Positions 13,192-26,582 of a stretch of 64,000 nt of DNA are shown here, in pieces. The stretch is from the NCBI RefSeq assembly GCF_003991155.1, contig NZ_CP031293.1; one strand, 5' to 3'. Under the pieces are notes generated by a model that saw nothing but the letters and a program-made list of their open reading frames with translations, did no database searches and was not told where the DNA came from. How positions within the stretch are numbered: the first letter of the stretch is position 1; each line of letters opens with the position of its first letter. The DNA comes from Escherichia coli (GTDB lineage Bacteria; Pseudomonadota; Gammaproteobacteria; Enterobacterales; Enterobacteriaceae). Made by a program: the position numbers and the translations under genes.

Positions 13192-13947
13192 TTAACGCAA
13201 AATCTCACACTGATGATCCTGGATTTCCTCGGCTGAAGCACGGTTCAGCGTCAGTAGATTTCGTTGTGTCGCCAGCAATACAAATGAGTTATCACTCTGC
13301 CGTACCATTGCCAGCCCGTAGCTTCCCATATGTTCCCGCGCCTCAGGCACTTCTTCTGCAAGCATCATAAATGGGCTGCGTTGTACCAGTTCGCTTTCCG
13401 TTACCCGACGCGCCAGGTACTCATGCCCACGCAAACCACCTGGCAGTGGCAACCAGCGGCTACTGATGTTCGCCAGATTGTTATCCAGCTGTTCGCGCAC
13501 ATCAGGACGAATACAAGAAATATGAATATGAAAATGGTTTTGCGTACGCCCGGTGCGAGAGTTGATCGCCAAAGAAACCGCGCGATCGGGAACCGGCTGG
13601 CCGTATTTTTTGCTCATAAAATCACGCGCCTGCCAGGCCAACCAAAAGAAGTTCGGCGTTGAAGGATCGGTCAACAAAGGACTTTCAGTACCGTTAATAC
13701 GATACGTTGGCATCAACAGATATTGCAGTGGGCCATTAAGATCTTTTAAAACCACGTATCCGGCGTTGGGTTTGACTTCCGCACATGGCGAAGGATTTTG
13801 ATTTTGCTGCTGATTGGGCAAACATTCCTCAAGGACAATCTTACGTAATGTATCCGACTCTTCACCGGTTAATTTCCAGTAACCAATACCGGCAGCCACA
13901 ACGGCGATAACTATCATCACCAAAAAAAGAAGACCCGCTTTTTTCAT
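13192..13947 (-). CDS. cdh: CDP-diacylglycerol pyrophosphatase
   Basis: ORF track 13192..14139 trimmed to [20 protein letters not shown]... (251 aa). Confidence 0.9.
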   Translation of the reverse strand: MKKAGLLFLVMIVIAVVAAGIGYWKLTGEESDTLRKIVLEECLPNQQQNQNPSPCAEVKPNAGYVVLKDLNGPLQYLLMPTYRINGTESPLLTDPSTPNFFWLAWQARDFMSKKYGQPVPDRAVSLAINSRTGRTQNHFHIHISCIRPDVREQLDNNLANISSRWLPLPGGLRGHEYLARRVTESELVQRSPFMMLAEEVPEAREHMGSYGLAMVRQSDNSFVLLATQRNLLTLNRASAEEIQDHQCEILR

Positions 13948-14053
13948 CTTTTTTTCCCTGTACCTCAAAGAGATGCAAGGGTAACGCAAAATCGTGACAA
14001 ATAAAAAACCCGGTCGCGAGAAACCACCGGGTTTGATAATTATCCTGGAGAAA

Positions 14054-15043
14054 TCAGCGTTTGCTGATCTGATCGAACGTACCGCCGTTAGCAAAATGCT
14101 CTTTTTGCGCTTTCGTCCAGCCGCCGAACTCTTCATCAATGGTGAATAACTTCAGCTTTGGAAACGCATTTTCGTACTTTTTCGCCACCTCAGCATCGCG
14201 CGGACGGTAGTAGTTTTTCGCGGCAATTTCCTGACCTTCTGGCGAGTAGAGATATTTCAGGTAGGCTTCCGCCACCTCTTTGGTGCCTTTTTTCTCGACC
14301 ACTTTATCGACCACCGACACGGTTGGCTCTGCGAGGATAGACTCACTCGGCGTGACGATTTCGAATTTATCTTTCCCCAGTTCATTCGCTGCCAGCAGAG
14401 CTTCGTTTTCCCAGGCGATCAGTACATCGCCAATTCCGCGCTCGACAAAAGTGTTAGTGGAGCCGCGCGCGCCAGAATCCAGAACTTCGACGTTTTTATA
14501 CAGTGCCCGAACAAAATCCTGTGCTTTTGCCTGATCGTTGTTGTTGTGATGCAGCGCGTAGCCCCAGGCAGCCAGGTAGTTCCAGCGCGCGCCACCAGAG
14601 CTTTTCGGATTAGGCGTGATCACCGAAACACCCGGTTTAATCAGATCGTTCCAGTCATGGATCTGCTTCGGATTGCCCTTACGCACCAGGAAAACAATGG
14701 TGGAAGTGTACGGTGCGGAGTTATCCGGCAGACGTTTGATCCACTCTTTATCAATCCGCCCGCGTTCCGCAATCGCGTCCACGTCATAGGCCAGAGCCAG
14801 CGTGACAACATCAGCTTCAATACCATTGATTACCGACGTCGCTTGTTTGCCTGAACCACCGTGTGACTGACGAATCACCACGTTATCGCCAATTTGCTGT
14901 TTCCAGTGGGCGCTGAATGCCTTGTTGTACTGTTCGTACAATTCGCGCGTTGGATCATATGAAACGTTAAGAAGCTGAATATCCTTTGCCATAACGCTGG
15001 TTGCCGCCAGCAAAAATGTTAACCCTACGCCCCACTTGTTCAT
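14054..15043 (-). CDS. sbp: Sulfate-binding periplasmic protein
   Basis: 329-aa [38 protein letters not shown]... Confidence 0.93.
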   Translation of the reverse strand: MNKWGVGLTFLLAATSVMAKDIQLLNVSYDPTRELYEQYNKAFSAHWKQQIGDNVVIRQSHGGSGKQATSVINGIEADVVTLALAYDVDAIAERGRIDKEWIKRLPDNSAPYTSTIVFLVRKGNPKQIHDWNDLIKPGVSVITPNPKSSGGARWNYLAAWGYALHHNNNDQAKAQDFVRALYKNVEVLDSGARGSTNTFVERGIGDVLIAWENEALLAANELGKDKFEIVTPSESILAEPTVSVVDKVVEKKGTKEVAEAYLKYLYSPEGQEIAAKNYYRPRDAEVAKKYENAFPKLKLFTIDEEFGGWTKAQKEHFANGGTFDQISKR

Positions 15044-15208
15044 CGCCCGACTCTCTTATGTTGTGTTGTGATGAGCAAAGCGTGCCAGAAGGTTAACCAA
15101 ACATTAAAGAATAAAAAAAGATTGGCTATAACTTGCGGGTATATGTTGAGGGATTAAAAAGGCGGAAGAAATCCGCCTCATATTGCTGACAAAGTGCGCT
15201 TTGTCCAT

Positions 15209-15307
15209 GCCGGATGCGGCGCGAACGCCTTATCCGGCCTACAAAAGTTTGCAAATTCAATAAATTGCAGAATTCATGTAGGCCTGATAAGCGAAGCGCA
15301 TCAGGCA
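15209..15307. repeat. BIME: two inverted REP elements (gccggatgcggcg...ccggcctac / gtaggcctgataag...catcaggca)
   Basis: Canonical REP palindromes in the pfkA-sbp spacer. Confidence 0.7.
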
Positions 15308-15362
15308 TTTTTGCTTCTGTCATCGGTTTCAGGCTAAAGGAATCTGCCTTTTTCCGAAATCA

Positions 15363-16325
15363 TTAATACAGTTTTTTCGCGCAGTCCAGCCAGTCGCCTT
15401 TGAACGGACGCTTCATGTTTTCGATAGCGTCGATGATGTCGTGGTGAACCAGCTGTTCGTTCTGGATACCTACGCAACGACCGCCGTAGCCTGCCAGCAG
15501 CAGATCGATAGCGTAAGCGCCCATACGGGAAGCCAGAATACGGTCGTAAGGCACCGGAGAACCACCGCGCTGGATGTGGCCCAGCACAGTTGCGCGGGTT
15601 TCACGACCGGTTTCTTTCTCGATGAAATGCGCCAGTTCGTCAACATCACACATATGTTCGGTAATCGCCACGATCGCGTGTTTTTTACCTTTCGCGATAC
15701 CCGCTTTGATTTCGTTTACCAGGTCTTCACGGCTGAATTCAACTTCCGGAACTACAACGAATTCACAGCCACCGGCAATGGCCGCAGCCAGGGTCAGATC
15801 GCCACAATAACGACCCATCACTTCCACCACGGAAATACGCTGGTGAGAAGAAGAGGTGTCACGCAGACGGTCGATCGCTTCTACAACGGTGCTCAGCGCA
15901 GTGAAGAAACCGATAGTGTAGTCAGTGCCTTTGATGTCGTTGTCGATAGTGCCCGGCAGGCCGATGCACGGGAAGCCCATTTCGGTCAGACGCATTGCAC
16001 CCATGTAGGAACCGTCACCGCCGATAACCACCAGCGCGTCGATACCACGTTTTTTCAGGTTTTCGATAGCCACGGCGCGGATGTTCTCGTCGCGGAATTC
16101 CGGGAAACGCGCAGAACCGAGGAACGTACCGCCACGGTTGATCATGTCAGAAACGCTGTAACGGTCTAGCTGTACCATACGGTCTTCATACAGACCCAGA
16201 TAGCCGTCATAAATGCCCATTACTTCCAGACCTTCTGTCAGCGCAGAACGAACAACCCCGCGAATTGCGGCGTTCATGCCTGGCGCATCACCGCCGCTTG
16301 TCAACACACCGATTTTCTTAATCAT
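15363..16325 (-). CDS. pfkA: 6-phosphofructokinase I
   Basis: ORF track 15363..16421 trimmed to [25 protein letters not shown] (320 aa). Confidence 0.96.
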
Positions 16326-16505
16326 GACTACCTCTGAACTTTGGAATGCAAAATGAAATCTGTTGCCGGAAGTCTTCTTGCACATCGAAGTGATCCAACG
16401 AATGTGCAAATAGTATAACAATCACTTCCTGCTGAATTGATTCAGGTCAGGCCAAATGGCGGTATTTTATACACAAAATGCGGGTCTGGCTCTCTTTTAT
16501 ACTGA

Positions 16506-17408
16506 TTATGAAAGCATAGACCGTTTACCCTCCCTGGGTACGACGGAACAGGGGTCCTGATGGATAATCACATCCGATCCCGGAAAACGCCGTAAAATAG
16601 CCTGCTCTACCTGATCCGCCACCATATGTGCCTGAACCAAAGGCAGAGAGTCTTCCATTTCCAAATGAATCTGAATAAAGCGGGTCGGCCCTGACTGCCG
16701 CGTGCGAAGATCGTGAGCGCCGCTAACACCCGGCCAGGAAGTCACGATATCAATAATTTCTTGCCGTTCCTCATCAGGTAATGCGCGATCCAGTAATGAC
16801 TGTACCGCCTCATATCCCATGCGTAACGCGCTATATAAAATATAGATGCCGATTCCCAATGCAAACAGAGCATCGGCGCGATGCCAGCCGTACCAGGACA
16901 ACCCCAGCGCCAGCAGAATTGCGCCGTTCATCATAACATCAGACTGGTAATGTAGCATATCAGCCCGCACCGCCTGGCTTTGCGTCCGGCGCACCACCCA
17001 ACGCTGAAACGAGACAAGGATAATCGTACAAATTAGCGCCACAATTGTCACGATAACCCCGACGCCTGGATCTGTCATCGGCGTTGGAGATACCAGATGT
17101 TGAATACCTGTCAAAAACAGGAATAGTGCCGAACCGGAGATAAACATACTTTGCGCCAGCGCCGCGAGGGACTCAGCTTTACCGTGACCAAACGAGTGAT
17201 TATCGTCGGCAGGTTGCAGGGAATATCGCACCACCAATAAATTCGTCAACGACGCGCCGATATCCACCAGCGAATCCACCAGCGCGGCGAGAATACTCAC
17301 CGACCCGGTATACCACCATGCAAAAATTTTAATCAGCAATAGCAGCGAAGCCATCGCCGTCGCAGCAATCGCCGCCCGACTGACCAGCCGTCCATAAGAT
17401 TGATTCAT
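16506..17408 (-). CDS. fieF: Cation diffusion facilitator (Zn/Fe efflux) FieF/YiiP
   Basis: ORF track 16506..17450 trimmed to [32 protein letters not shown] (300 aa). Confidence 0.92.
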   Translation of the reverse strand: MNQSYGRLVSRAAIAATAMASLLLLIKIFAWWYTGSVSILAALVDSLVDIGASLTNLLVVRYSLQPADDNHSFGHGKAESLAALAQSMFISGSALFLFLTGIQHLVSPTPMTDPGVGVIVTIVALICTIILVSFQRWVVRRTQSQAVRADMLHYQSDVMMNGAILLALGLSWYGWHRADALFALGIGIYILYSALRMGYEAVQSLLDRALPDEERQEIIDIVTSWPGVSGAHDLRTRQSGPTRFIQIHLEMEDSLPLVQAHMVADQVEQAILRRFPGSDVIIHQDPCSVVPREGKRSMLS

Positions 17409-17492
17409 AAATACTCCCGCTATCAACTGACGGTAGTATAACGGAAGCAAATCATCTGCAATGCATTAAGCAGCAGGCAAATTGAGGATAAA

Positions 17493-17556
17493 AAAAACCC
17501 CCACATCATGTGGGGGAAGACAGGGATGGTGTCTATGGCAAGGAAAACAGGGTTTA
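17493..17556 (-). ncRNA. cpxQ: CpxQ-type sRNA derived from the cpxP 3' UTR, including the terminator hairpin (cccccacat-gatg-tggggg + U-run on the minus strand)
   Basis: Region directly downstream of the cpxP stop with a strong intrinsic terminator; assignment as CpxQ is from recalled K-12 knowledge. Confidence 0.5.
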
Positions 17557-18057
17557 CTACTGGGAACGTGAGTTGCTACTACTCAATAGCTTCAACGATG
17601 AACTTTTTTGCCATTGCGTCACGTCACGCAACTGCTCCATTCGTTGTTGATGTTTCTCATTTAAAACCGCTTGCTGCTCCGGCGTTAACAGGCGATACAT
17701 TTGGTTGCGGACTTTTGCCATCTCAACCTGACGAGCAATTTGCTCATTCGCCATTTTTTCTGCCTGTGCGCGCACAGCGTTTTCATCAAAATTTTCTGCG
17801 GTGACAAGGCGATGCATTGTCTCCAGTTCGCTAACATTAACAGGAGGCTGTTCGTGCCGGGCCTGTTGCATAAGATCTCGCATCTGCTGACGCTGATGTT
17901 CGGTTAAACTTATGCCGTCGAACATATGGCTCTGCGTACTGCGCTGCGTAAGTTCTTCACCCGGATGCCAGTTATCGCCTGAACCGACTTCAGCAGCGTG
18001 GCTTAATGAACTGACTGCCAGCGTTGAGGCCATGACGGCAGCGGTAACTATGCGCAT
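17557..18057 (-). CDS. cpxP: Periplasmic Cpx pathway inhibitor/adaptor CpxP
   Basis: 166-aa [27 protein letters not shown]... with LTxxQ motifs. Confidence 0.93.
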
Positions 18058-18136
18058 CATTTGCTCCCAAAATCTTTCTGTCGCGATTCAACGATAGAGA
18101 GTTTACGATTCAGGCTGCAAACATGCGTCAGGGGGT

Positions 18137-18151
18137 GTAAAACAACGTAAA
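18137..18151. promoter_or_regulatory. CpxR-P box (GTAAA-N5-GTAAA) in the divergent cpxP/cpxRA promoter region
   Basis: Exact tandem GTAAAacaacGTAAA in the intergenic region. Confidence 0.55.
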
Positions 18152-18206
18152 GTCATGGATTAGCGACGTCTGATGACGTAATTTCTGCCTCGGAGGTATT
18201 TAAACA

Positions 18207-18905
18207 ATGAATAAAATCCTGTTAGTTGATGATGACCGAGAGCTGACTTCCCTATTAAAGGAGCTGCTCGAGATGGAAGGCTTCAACGTGATTGTTGCCC
18301 ACGATGGGGAACAGGCGCTTGATCTTCTGGACGACAGCATTGATTTACTTTTGCTTGATGTAATGATGCCGAAGAAAAATGGTATCGACACATTAAAAGC
18401 ACTTCGCCAGACACACCAGACGCCTGTCATTATGTTGACGGCGCGCGGCAGTGAACTTGATCGCGTTCTCGGCCTTGAGCTGGGCGCAGATGACTATCTC
18501 CCGAAACCGTTTAATGATCGTGAGCTGGTGGCACGTATTCGCGCGATCCTGCGCCGTTCGCACTGGAGCGAGCAACAGCAAAACAACGACAACGGTTCAC
18601 CAACGCTTGAAGTTGATGCCTTAGTGCTGAATCCAGGCCGTCAGGAAGCCAGCTTCGACGGGCAAACGCTGGAGTTAACCGGTACTGAGTTTACCCTGCT
18701 CTACTTACTGGCACAGCATCTGGGTCAAGTGGTTTCCCGTGAGCATTTAAGCCAGGAAGTGCTGGGCAAGCGCCTGACGCCTTTCGACCGCGCTATTGAT
18801 ATGCACATTTCCAACCTGCGTCGTAAACTGCCGGATCGTAAAGATGGTCATCCGTGGTTTAAAACCTTGCGTGGTCGCGGCTATTTGATGGTTTCTGCTT
18901 CATGA
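18207..18905 (+). CDS. cpxR: Envelope stress response regulator CpxR (OmpR family)
   Basis: 232-aa ORF MNKILLVDDDRELTSLLKELLEMEGF... Confidence 0.96.
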   Translation: MNKILLVDDDRELTSLLKELLEMEGFNVIVAHDGEQALDLLDDSIDLLLLDVMMPKKNGIDTLKALRQTHQTPVIMLTARGSELDRVLGLELGADDYLPKPFNDRELVARIRAILRRSHWSEQQQNNDNGSPTLEVDALVLNPGRQEASFDGQTLELTGTEFTLLYLLAQHLGQVVSREHLSQEVLGKRLTPFDRAIDMHISNLRRKLPDRKDGHPWFKTLRGRGYLMVSAS

Positions 18906-20275
18906 TAGGCAGCTTAACCGCGCGCATCTTCGCCATATTCTGGCTGACGCTGGCGCTGGTGTTGATGTTGGTTTTGATGTTACCCAAGCTCGATTCACGC
19001 CAGATGACCGAGCTTCTGGATAGCGAACAGCGTCAGGGTCTGATGATTGAGCAGCATGTCGAAGCGGAGCTGGCGAACGATCCGCCCAATGATTTAATGT
19101 GGTGGCGGCGTCTGTTCCGGGCGATTGATAAGTGGGCACCGCCAGGACAGCGTTTGTTATTGGTGACCACCGAAGGCCGCGTGATCGGCGCTGAACGCAG
19201 CGAAATGCAGATCATTCGTAACTTTATTGGTCAGGCCGATAACGCCGATCATCCGCAGAAGAAAAAGTATGGCCGCGTGGAACTGGTCGGTCCGTTCTCC
19301 GTGCGTGATGGCGAAGATAATTACCAACTTTATCTGATTCGTCCGGCCAGCAGTTCTCAATCCGATTTCATTAACTTACTGTTTGACCGCCCGCTATTAC
19401 TGCTGATTGTCACCATGTTGGTCAGTACGCCGCTGCTGTTGTGGTTGGCCTGGAGTCTGGCAAAACCGGCGCGTAAGCTGAAAAACGCTGCCGATGAAGT
19501 TGCCCAGGGAAACTTACGCCAGCACCCGGAACTGGAAGCGGGGCCACAGGAATTCCTTGCCGCAGGTGCCAGTTTTAACCAGATGGTCACCGCGCTGGAG
19601 CGCATGATGACCTCTCAGCAGCGTCTGCTTTCTGATATCTCTCACGAGCTGCGCACCCCGCTGACGCGTCTACAACTGGGTACGGCGTTACTGCGCCGTC
19701 GTAGCGGTGAAAGCAAGGAACTGGAGCGTATTGAAACCGAAGCGCAACGTCTGGACAGCATGATTAACGACCTGTTGGTGATGTCACGTAATCAGCAAAA
19801 AAACGCGCTGGTTAGCGAGACCATCAAAGCCAATCAGTTGTGGAGTGAAGTGCTGGATAACGCGGCGTTCGAAGCCGAGCAGATGGGCAAGTCGTTGACG
19901 GTTAACTTCCCGCCTGGGCCGTGGCCGCTGTACGGCAATCCGAACGCCCTGGAAAGTGCGCTGGAAAACATTGTTCGAAATGCTCTGCGTTATTCCCATA
20001 CGAAGATTGAAGTGGGCTTTGCGGTAGATAAAGACGGTATCACCATTACGGTGGACGACGATGGTCCTGGCGTTAGCCCGGAAGATCGCGAACAGATTTT
20101 CCGTCCGTTCTATCGTACCGATGAAGCACGCGATCGTGAATCTGGCGGTACAGGTTTGGGGCTGGCGATTGTTGAAACCGCCATTCAGCAGCATCGTGGC
20201 TGGGTTAAAGCAGAAGACAGCCCGCTGGGTGGTTTACGGCTGGTGATTTGGTTGCCGCTGTATAAGCGGAGTTAA
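18902..20275 (+). CDS. cpxA: Envelope stress sensor histidine kinase CpxA
   Basis: 457-aa ORF with H-box SHELRTPLT; overlaps the cpxR stop. Confidence 0.96.
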   Translation: MIGSLTARIFAIFWLTLALVLMLVLMLPKLDSRQMTELLDSEQRQGLMIEQHVEAELANDPPNDLMWWRRLFRAIDKWAPPGQRLLLVTTEGRVIGAERSEMQIIRNFIGQADNADHPQKKKYGRVELVGPFSVRDGEDNYQLYLIRPASSSQSDFINLLFDRPLLLLIVTMLVSTPLLLWLAWSLAKPARKLKNAADEVAQGNLRQHPELEAGPQEFLAAGASFNQMVTALERMMTSQQRLLSDISHELRTPLTRLQLGTALLRRRSGESKELERIETEAQRLDSMINDLLVMSRNQQKNALVSETIKANQLWSEVLDNAAFEAEQMGKSLTVNFPPGPWPLYGNPNALESALENIVRNALRYSHTKIEVGFAVDKDGITITVDDDGPGVSPEDREQIFRPFYRTDEARDRESGGTGLGLAIVETAIQQHRGWVKAEDSPLGGLRLVIWLPLYKRS

Positions 20276-20291
20276 ACTCCGCATTGTAGGC

Positions 20292-21560
<1,269 letters not shown>

Positions 21561-21589
21561 CAACAGCGCCTGACGGCGCTGTGTCTGGC

Positions 21590-21650
<61 letters not shown>

Positions 21651-21658
21651 TCCGGGGG

Positions 21659-22333
21659 TTATTTTCCCCACAACCGGCGGGAAAAATCTTCGATCTTGCC
21701 GCTCAGTCGGCGCTTTTGCATCGTCCGCGTCCAGCTTTTCGATAACCCGGCGGCGGAGAGTAAACGGTGATACTGATCGTCATCAAACGGCATATGCCAT
21801 GCGATGGCGGCAGCCTCCTGCACGGTCACATCACTGACACGGGAAACCAACTCCAGTGGCGCATCAGCAGATACCAACCCTGGTGCAATTACGCTATACA
21901 ACCACCCCACTTTACCCGTGTTTTGCATCAACTGCGCTATGTCGCTGATATCAAAATGGTAATTGAGTTTATAGCAAGGCGAGCGCGGCTGGCTGACCTG
22001 AATTAATGCCTCTCCCCAGCGGAAAATATCGCCCATATAAACATTACTTTCCGTCAGACCGTCGGTTGAGAGATTTTCACCAAACGCAGGCGCAACAAAC
22101 AACTCCGCCTGTTCCGGAAATTCCCGCGCCCAGTAGAGATAGTGCTCACGAGGATAATGACACAGCGCTCTGTCTGGCCCGCCGTGAACCATTTTCTCCG
22201 CCTGCTCGTCACCTTCCAGCCCCAGCTCCGTCAGCATCAACTCACCATCAACCTGGATTTTGGCAATTGCGCTGGGTTTGCCTTCGGGATAAGCCTGAAT
22301 CTTGCCTGTGTATACATCAACCGGATATCGCAT
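21659..22333 (-). CDS. yiiM: MOSC-domain protein YiiM
   Basis: ORF track 21659..22363 trimmed to MRYPVDVYTGKIQAYPEGKPSAIAK (224 aa). Confidence 0.88.
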   Translation of the reverse strand: MRYPVDVYTGKIQAYPEGKPSAIAKIQVDGELMLTELGLEGDEQAEKMVHGGPDRALCHYPREHYLYWAREFPEQAELFVAPAFGENLSTDGLTESNVYMGDIFRWGEALIQVSQPRSPCYKLNYHFDISDIAQLMQNTGKVGWLYSVIAPGLVSADAPLELVSRVSDVTVQEAAAIAWHMPFDDDQYHRLLSAAGLSKSWTRTMQKRRLSGKIEDFSRRLWGK

Positions 22334-22481
22334 CTGTTCCCTCTCCACGAGAAATTTCCCCATTAGACCATATTTATTTTATGTCAGGCGTGCTGTTTTC
22401 GCGGTATGTATCCAGGCAGGAGCTCAATAGCAAACCGGACGAACGTTAGTTCATCCGGCTGTGGGGATTAAGGAAGCAGGT

Positions 22482-23465
22482 TTATTTCACCGTACCTAAA
22501 ATTTCGATTTTCGCCGCTCTGGCTTTGACTTTACGTGACCAGATAGAGGTAAGAATTGGCACCAGAATCGAAGTCACAATGACCGCCGTCGCGACCAGCG
22601 AAGTTGCTGCCGGAGCCATCGGTTTAAACGCAGGCACCATTTCTGCAATCAGCACAGGTGTCGCTACCGCGGCCCCTGCGGAACTGGAAGCGGCAATTCC
22701 GGCAGTGCCATCGCCACCGCCAATCAATTTATCAGCGATAATCAACGGAATACCGGTCACGATAATTACTGCCACACCCAACAGGATCCCCAGCAAACCT
22801 GTCTGGGCAATTACAGTCAAATCAATGGTATTGCCCAGCGCGAAGGCAAAGAATGGAATCAGCGTCTGCACCGCTTTGCTGAAAAATTCTCGTAATTCAG
22901 GGTCAAGGTTCCCAAGGGCAAAGCCCACCAGGAACGGTAATACTGCGCCGACGAAAACATGCGGTTCAAACGAGGCAATCCCGGCAGTGCCCAGAATAAT
23001 CATCGTCATGAGCGGCCCGGACTCCAATGACATCAACACAAATGCCCCAGCTTCTTCTTTTGTGCCGTACTGCTGCATGATGGAAGCGTAAAGTCCGCCG
23101 TTGGTCATATCCATCGCCGCCACCAGCGCCAGCGTTGAAAGTCCGGCAAAGAATCCAACTTCAACACCATGTTCCGGAATAATGCGCGAGGCAATTGCCG
23201 CAACCACCCACGCGACGGCAATTTTTGTTACCACCAGCGTACCGGATTTACGCAATACCGTTCCCGTCGCGCTTAATTTTATTGACGCCCCCATGCAAAA
23301 AAACCACACCGCCAGAATGGGCACCGTACCGGTAATCATCCCGTTGGTGAATGATCCAAAATATTTCCCCGCCCCCGGCGAGAAGGTGTGGCACAGTGCG
23401 CCAAGGAATAGCGGGACGAGCATCATCCCCCCCGGGATTTTCTCAATCGAGCGTTTTATCTGCAT
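22482..23465 (-). CDS. kdgT: 2-keto-3-deoxygluconate permease
   Basis: ORF track 22482..23507 trimmed to [28 protein letters not shown] (327 aa). Confidence 0.9.
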
Positions 23466-23724
23466 TTCCATCACCTGTCGGCATATTTTTAAGGGCTGAT
23501 GCGTCATTCCTCAATGGAGCATCAGTGTTGATGGAAACGAAGATAGACATTCATTTGATCAATAAAAGTGATCAAAACCACATCAATTGAAACACTGTTT
23601 TATTTTTATCGGATCATTGTTTTTATTTTGAAATTGATCACAAAAAAACCACCGCCGTTGGCGATGGTTCATTTTTTAAGCTGCAATGCGACGTAAACGC
23701 CTCATTGCAGCAGGCGGCAAATGA

Positions 23725-24345
23725 TTATTTTTTCGCCGCGAAACGTGCCGCTGCTTCGTCCCAGTTCACCACGTTCCAGAACTCTTTGATGTAGTCCGGA
23801 CGGCGGTTCTGGAATTTCAGGTAGTAAGCATGTTCCCACACATCCAGGCCCACAATCGGGAAGCCGGAAGCGCCAGAAATAGCTTCACCCATCAGCGGGG
23901 AGTCCTGGTTAGCAGTAGAAACCACCGCCAGTTTATCGCCTTTCAGCACCAGCCATGCCCAGCCGGAACCAAAGCGGGAAGCTGCCGCTTTCTCAAATTC
24001 TGCTTTGAAGTTATCAACGGAGCCGAAGTCACGTTCGATAGCCGCTTTCAGGTCACCCTGCAGGGTGGTGCCTTTTTTCAGACCTTTCCAGAACAGGCTG
24101 TGGTTAGCGTGACCGCCAGCGTTGTTGCGCAGTACGGTTTTCTTGTCTGCTGGCAGCTGGTCCAGTTTGGTGATCAGCTCTTCAACCGGCAGGTTAGCGA
24201 ATTCTGGCAGGCTTTCCAGCGCCGCGTTGGCGTTGTTGACGTAGGTCTGATGGTGTTTGGTGTGGTGGATTTCCATGGTCTGCTTATCGAAGTGCGGTTC
24301 CAGGGCATCGTAAGCATACGGCAGGGATGGCAGGGTATAGCTCAT
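23725..24345 (-). CDS. sodA: Manganese superoxide dismutase
   Basis: ORF track trimmed to [36 protein letters not shown] (206 aa). Confidence 0.96.
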   Translation of the reverse strand: MSYTLPSLPYAYDALEPHFDKQTMEIHHTKHHQTYVNNANAALESLPEFANLPVEELITKLDQLPADKKTVLRNNAGGHANHSLFWKGLKKGTTLQGDLKAAIERDFGSVDNFKAEFEKAAASRFGSGWAWLVLKGDKLAVVSTANQDSPLMGEAISGASGFPIVGLDVWEHAYYLKFQNRRPDYIKEFWNVVNWDEAAARFAAKK

Positions 24346-24629
24346 ATTCATCTCCAGTATTGTCGGGCGGCCGATTGTTAATGCCGCGTAAGCAGTTGGT
24401 TCATTATAGTTAATTAAATGATATTGAAAATGATTATCAATGCCGTACTTTTCGTAAGGGTATGGTTTTGCAGGAAAATGCCCAAGATGTGAAGCAAATC
24501 ACCCACTTAATGCCGTGATTGCCAGTAAATCGGCAGCGGCGGCAACAGGCGAAAGGTTAATCGACAGCACGATTTTTACACTCATCTCGTCGGAGATGTG
24601 ACGCGACGAAAAATGATGAGGATAAGAAG

Positions 24630-25664
24630 ATGAGTAACGCGATTACGATGGGGATATTTTGGCATTTGATCGGCGCGGCCAGTGCAGCCTGTTTTTACGC
24701 TCCGTTCAAAAAAGTAAAAAAATGGTCATGGGAAACCATGTGGTCAGTTGGTGGGATTGTTTCGTGGATTATTCTGCCGTGGGCCATCAGCGCCCTGTTA
24801 CTGCCGAATTTCTGGGCGTATTACAGCTCGTTTAGTCTCTCTACGCTGCTGCCTGTTTTTCTGTTCGGCGCTATGTGGGGGATCGGTAATATCAACTACG
24901 GCCTGACCATGCGTTATCTCGGCATGTCGATGGGAATTGGCATCGCCATTGGCATTACGTTGATTGTCGGTACGCTGATGACGCCAATTATCAACGGCAA
25001 TTTCGATGTTCTGATTAATACCGAAGGCGGACGCATGACGTTGCTCGGCGTTCTGGTGGCGCTGATTGGCGTAGGGATTGTGACTCGCGCCGGGCAGTTG
25101 AAAGAGCGCAAGATGGGCATTAAAGCCGAAGAGTTCAACCTGAAAAAAGGGCTGGTGCTGGCGGTGATGTGCGGCATTTTCTCTGCCGGGATGTCCTTTG
25201 CGATGAACGCCGCAAAACCGATGCATGAAGCAGCTGCCGCACTGGGCGTCGATCCACTGTATGTCGCTCTGCCAAGCTATGTTGTCATCATGGGCGGCGG
25301 CGCGATCATTAACCTCGGTTTCTGCTTCATTCGTCTGGCAAAAGTGAAGGATTTGTCGCTAAAAGCCGACTTCTCGCTGGCAAAACCGCTGATCATTCAC
25401 AATGTGTTACTCTCAGCACTGGGCGGGTTGATGTGGTATCTGCAATTCTTTTTCTATGCCTGGGGCCACGCGCGTATTCCGGCGCAGTATGACTACATCA
25501 GCTGGATGCTGCATATGAGCTTCTATGTATTGTGCGGCGGTATCGTCGGGCTGGTGCTGAAAGAGTGGAACAATGCAGGTCGCCGTCCGGTAACGGTGTT
25601 GAGCCTCGGTTGTGTGGTGATTATTGTCGCCGCCAACATCGTCGGCATGGGCATGGCGAATTAA
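24630..25664 (+). CDS. rhaT: L-rhamnose-proton symporter
   Basis: 344-aa ORF with 10 TM segments. Confidence 0.93.
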   Translation: MSNAITMGIFWHLIGAASAACFYAPFKKVKKWSWETMWSVGGIVSWIILPWAISALLLPNFWAYYSSFSLSTLLPVFLFGAMWGIGNINYGLTMRYLGMSMGIGIAIGITLIVGTLMTPIINGNFDVLINTEGGRMTLLGVLVALIGVGIVTRAGQLKERKMGIKAEEFNLKKGLVLAVMCGIFSAGMSFAMNAAKPMHEAAAALGVDPLYVALPSYVVIMGGGAIINLGFCFIRLAKVKDLSLKADFSLAKPLIIHNVLLSALGGLMWYLQFFFYAWGHARIPAQYDYISWMLHMSFYVLCGGIVGLVLKEWNNAGRRPVTVLSLGCVVIIVAANIVGMGMAN

Positions 25665-26509
25665 TCTTTCTGCGAATTGAGATGACGCCACTGGCTGGGC
25701 GTCATCCCGGTTTCCCGGGTAAACACCACCGAAAAATAGTTACTATCTTCAAAGCCACATTCGGTTGAAATATCACTGATTAACAGGCGGCTATGCTGGA
25801 GAAGATATTGCGCATGACACACTCTGACCTGCCGCAGATATTGATTGATGGTCATGCCAGTCTGCTGGCGAAATTGCTGACGCAAAACGCGCTCACTGCA
25901 CGATGCCTCATCACAAAAGTTATCCAGCGCAAAGGGACTTTTCAGGCTGGCCGCCAGCCGGGTAATCAGCTTATCCAGCAACGTTTCGCTGGATGTTGGC
26001 GGCAACGAATCACTGGTGTAACGATGGCGATTCAGCAACATCACCAACTGCCCGAACAGCAACTCAGCCATTTCGTTAGCAAACGGCACATGCTGACTAC
26101 TTTCATGTTCAAGCTGACCGATAATCTGCCGCGCCTGTGCCATCCCCATGCTACCTAAGCGCCAGTGTGGTTGCCCTGCGCTGGCGCTAAATCCCGGAAT
26201 CGCCCCCTGCCAGTCAAGATTCAGCTTCAGCCGCTCCGGGCAATAAATAATATTCTGCAAAACCAGATCGTTAACGGAAGCGTAGGAGTGTTTATCGTCA
26301 GCATGAATGTAAAAGAGATCGCCACGGGTAATGCGATAAGGGCGATCGTTGAGTACATGCAGACCATTACCGCGCCAGACAATCACCAGCTCACAAAAAT
26401 CATGTGTATGTTCGGCAAAGACATCTTGCGGATAACGGTCAGCCACAGCGACTGCCTGCTGGTCGCTGGCAAAAAAATCATCTTTGAGAAGTTTTAACTG
26501 ATGCGCCAC
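25661..26509 (-). CDS. rhaR: AraC-family transcriptional activator RhaR
   Basis: ORF track 25661..26620 (319 aa); start placed at the GTG giving the 282-aa form ([14 protein letters not shown]...); the upstream in-frame start at 26620 is an alternative. Confidence 0.85.
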   Translation of the reverse strand: MAHQLKLLKDDFFASDQQAVAVADRYPQDVFAEHTHDFCELVIVWRGNGLHVLNDRPYRITRGDLFYIHADDKHSYASVNDLVLQNIIYCPERLKLNLDWQGAIPGFSASAGQPHWRLGSMGMAQARQIIGQLEHESSQHVPFANEMAELLFGQLVMLLNRHRYTSDSLPPTSSETLLDKLITRLAASLKSPFALDNFCDEASCSERVLRQQFRQQTGMTINQYLRQVRVCHAQYLLQHSRLLISDISTECGFEDSNYFSVVFTRETGMTPSQWRHLNSQKD

Positions 26510-26582
26510 CGTGGCTACCTCGGCCAGAGAACGAAGTTGATTATTCGCAATATGGCGTACAAATACGTTGAGAAGATTCGCG

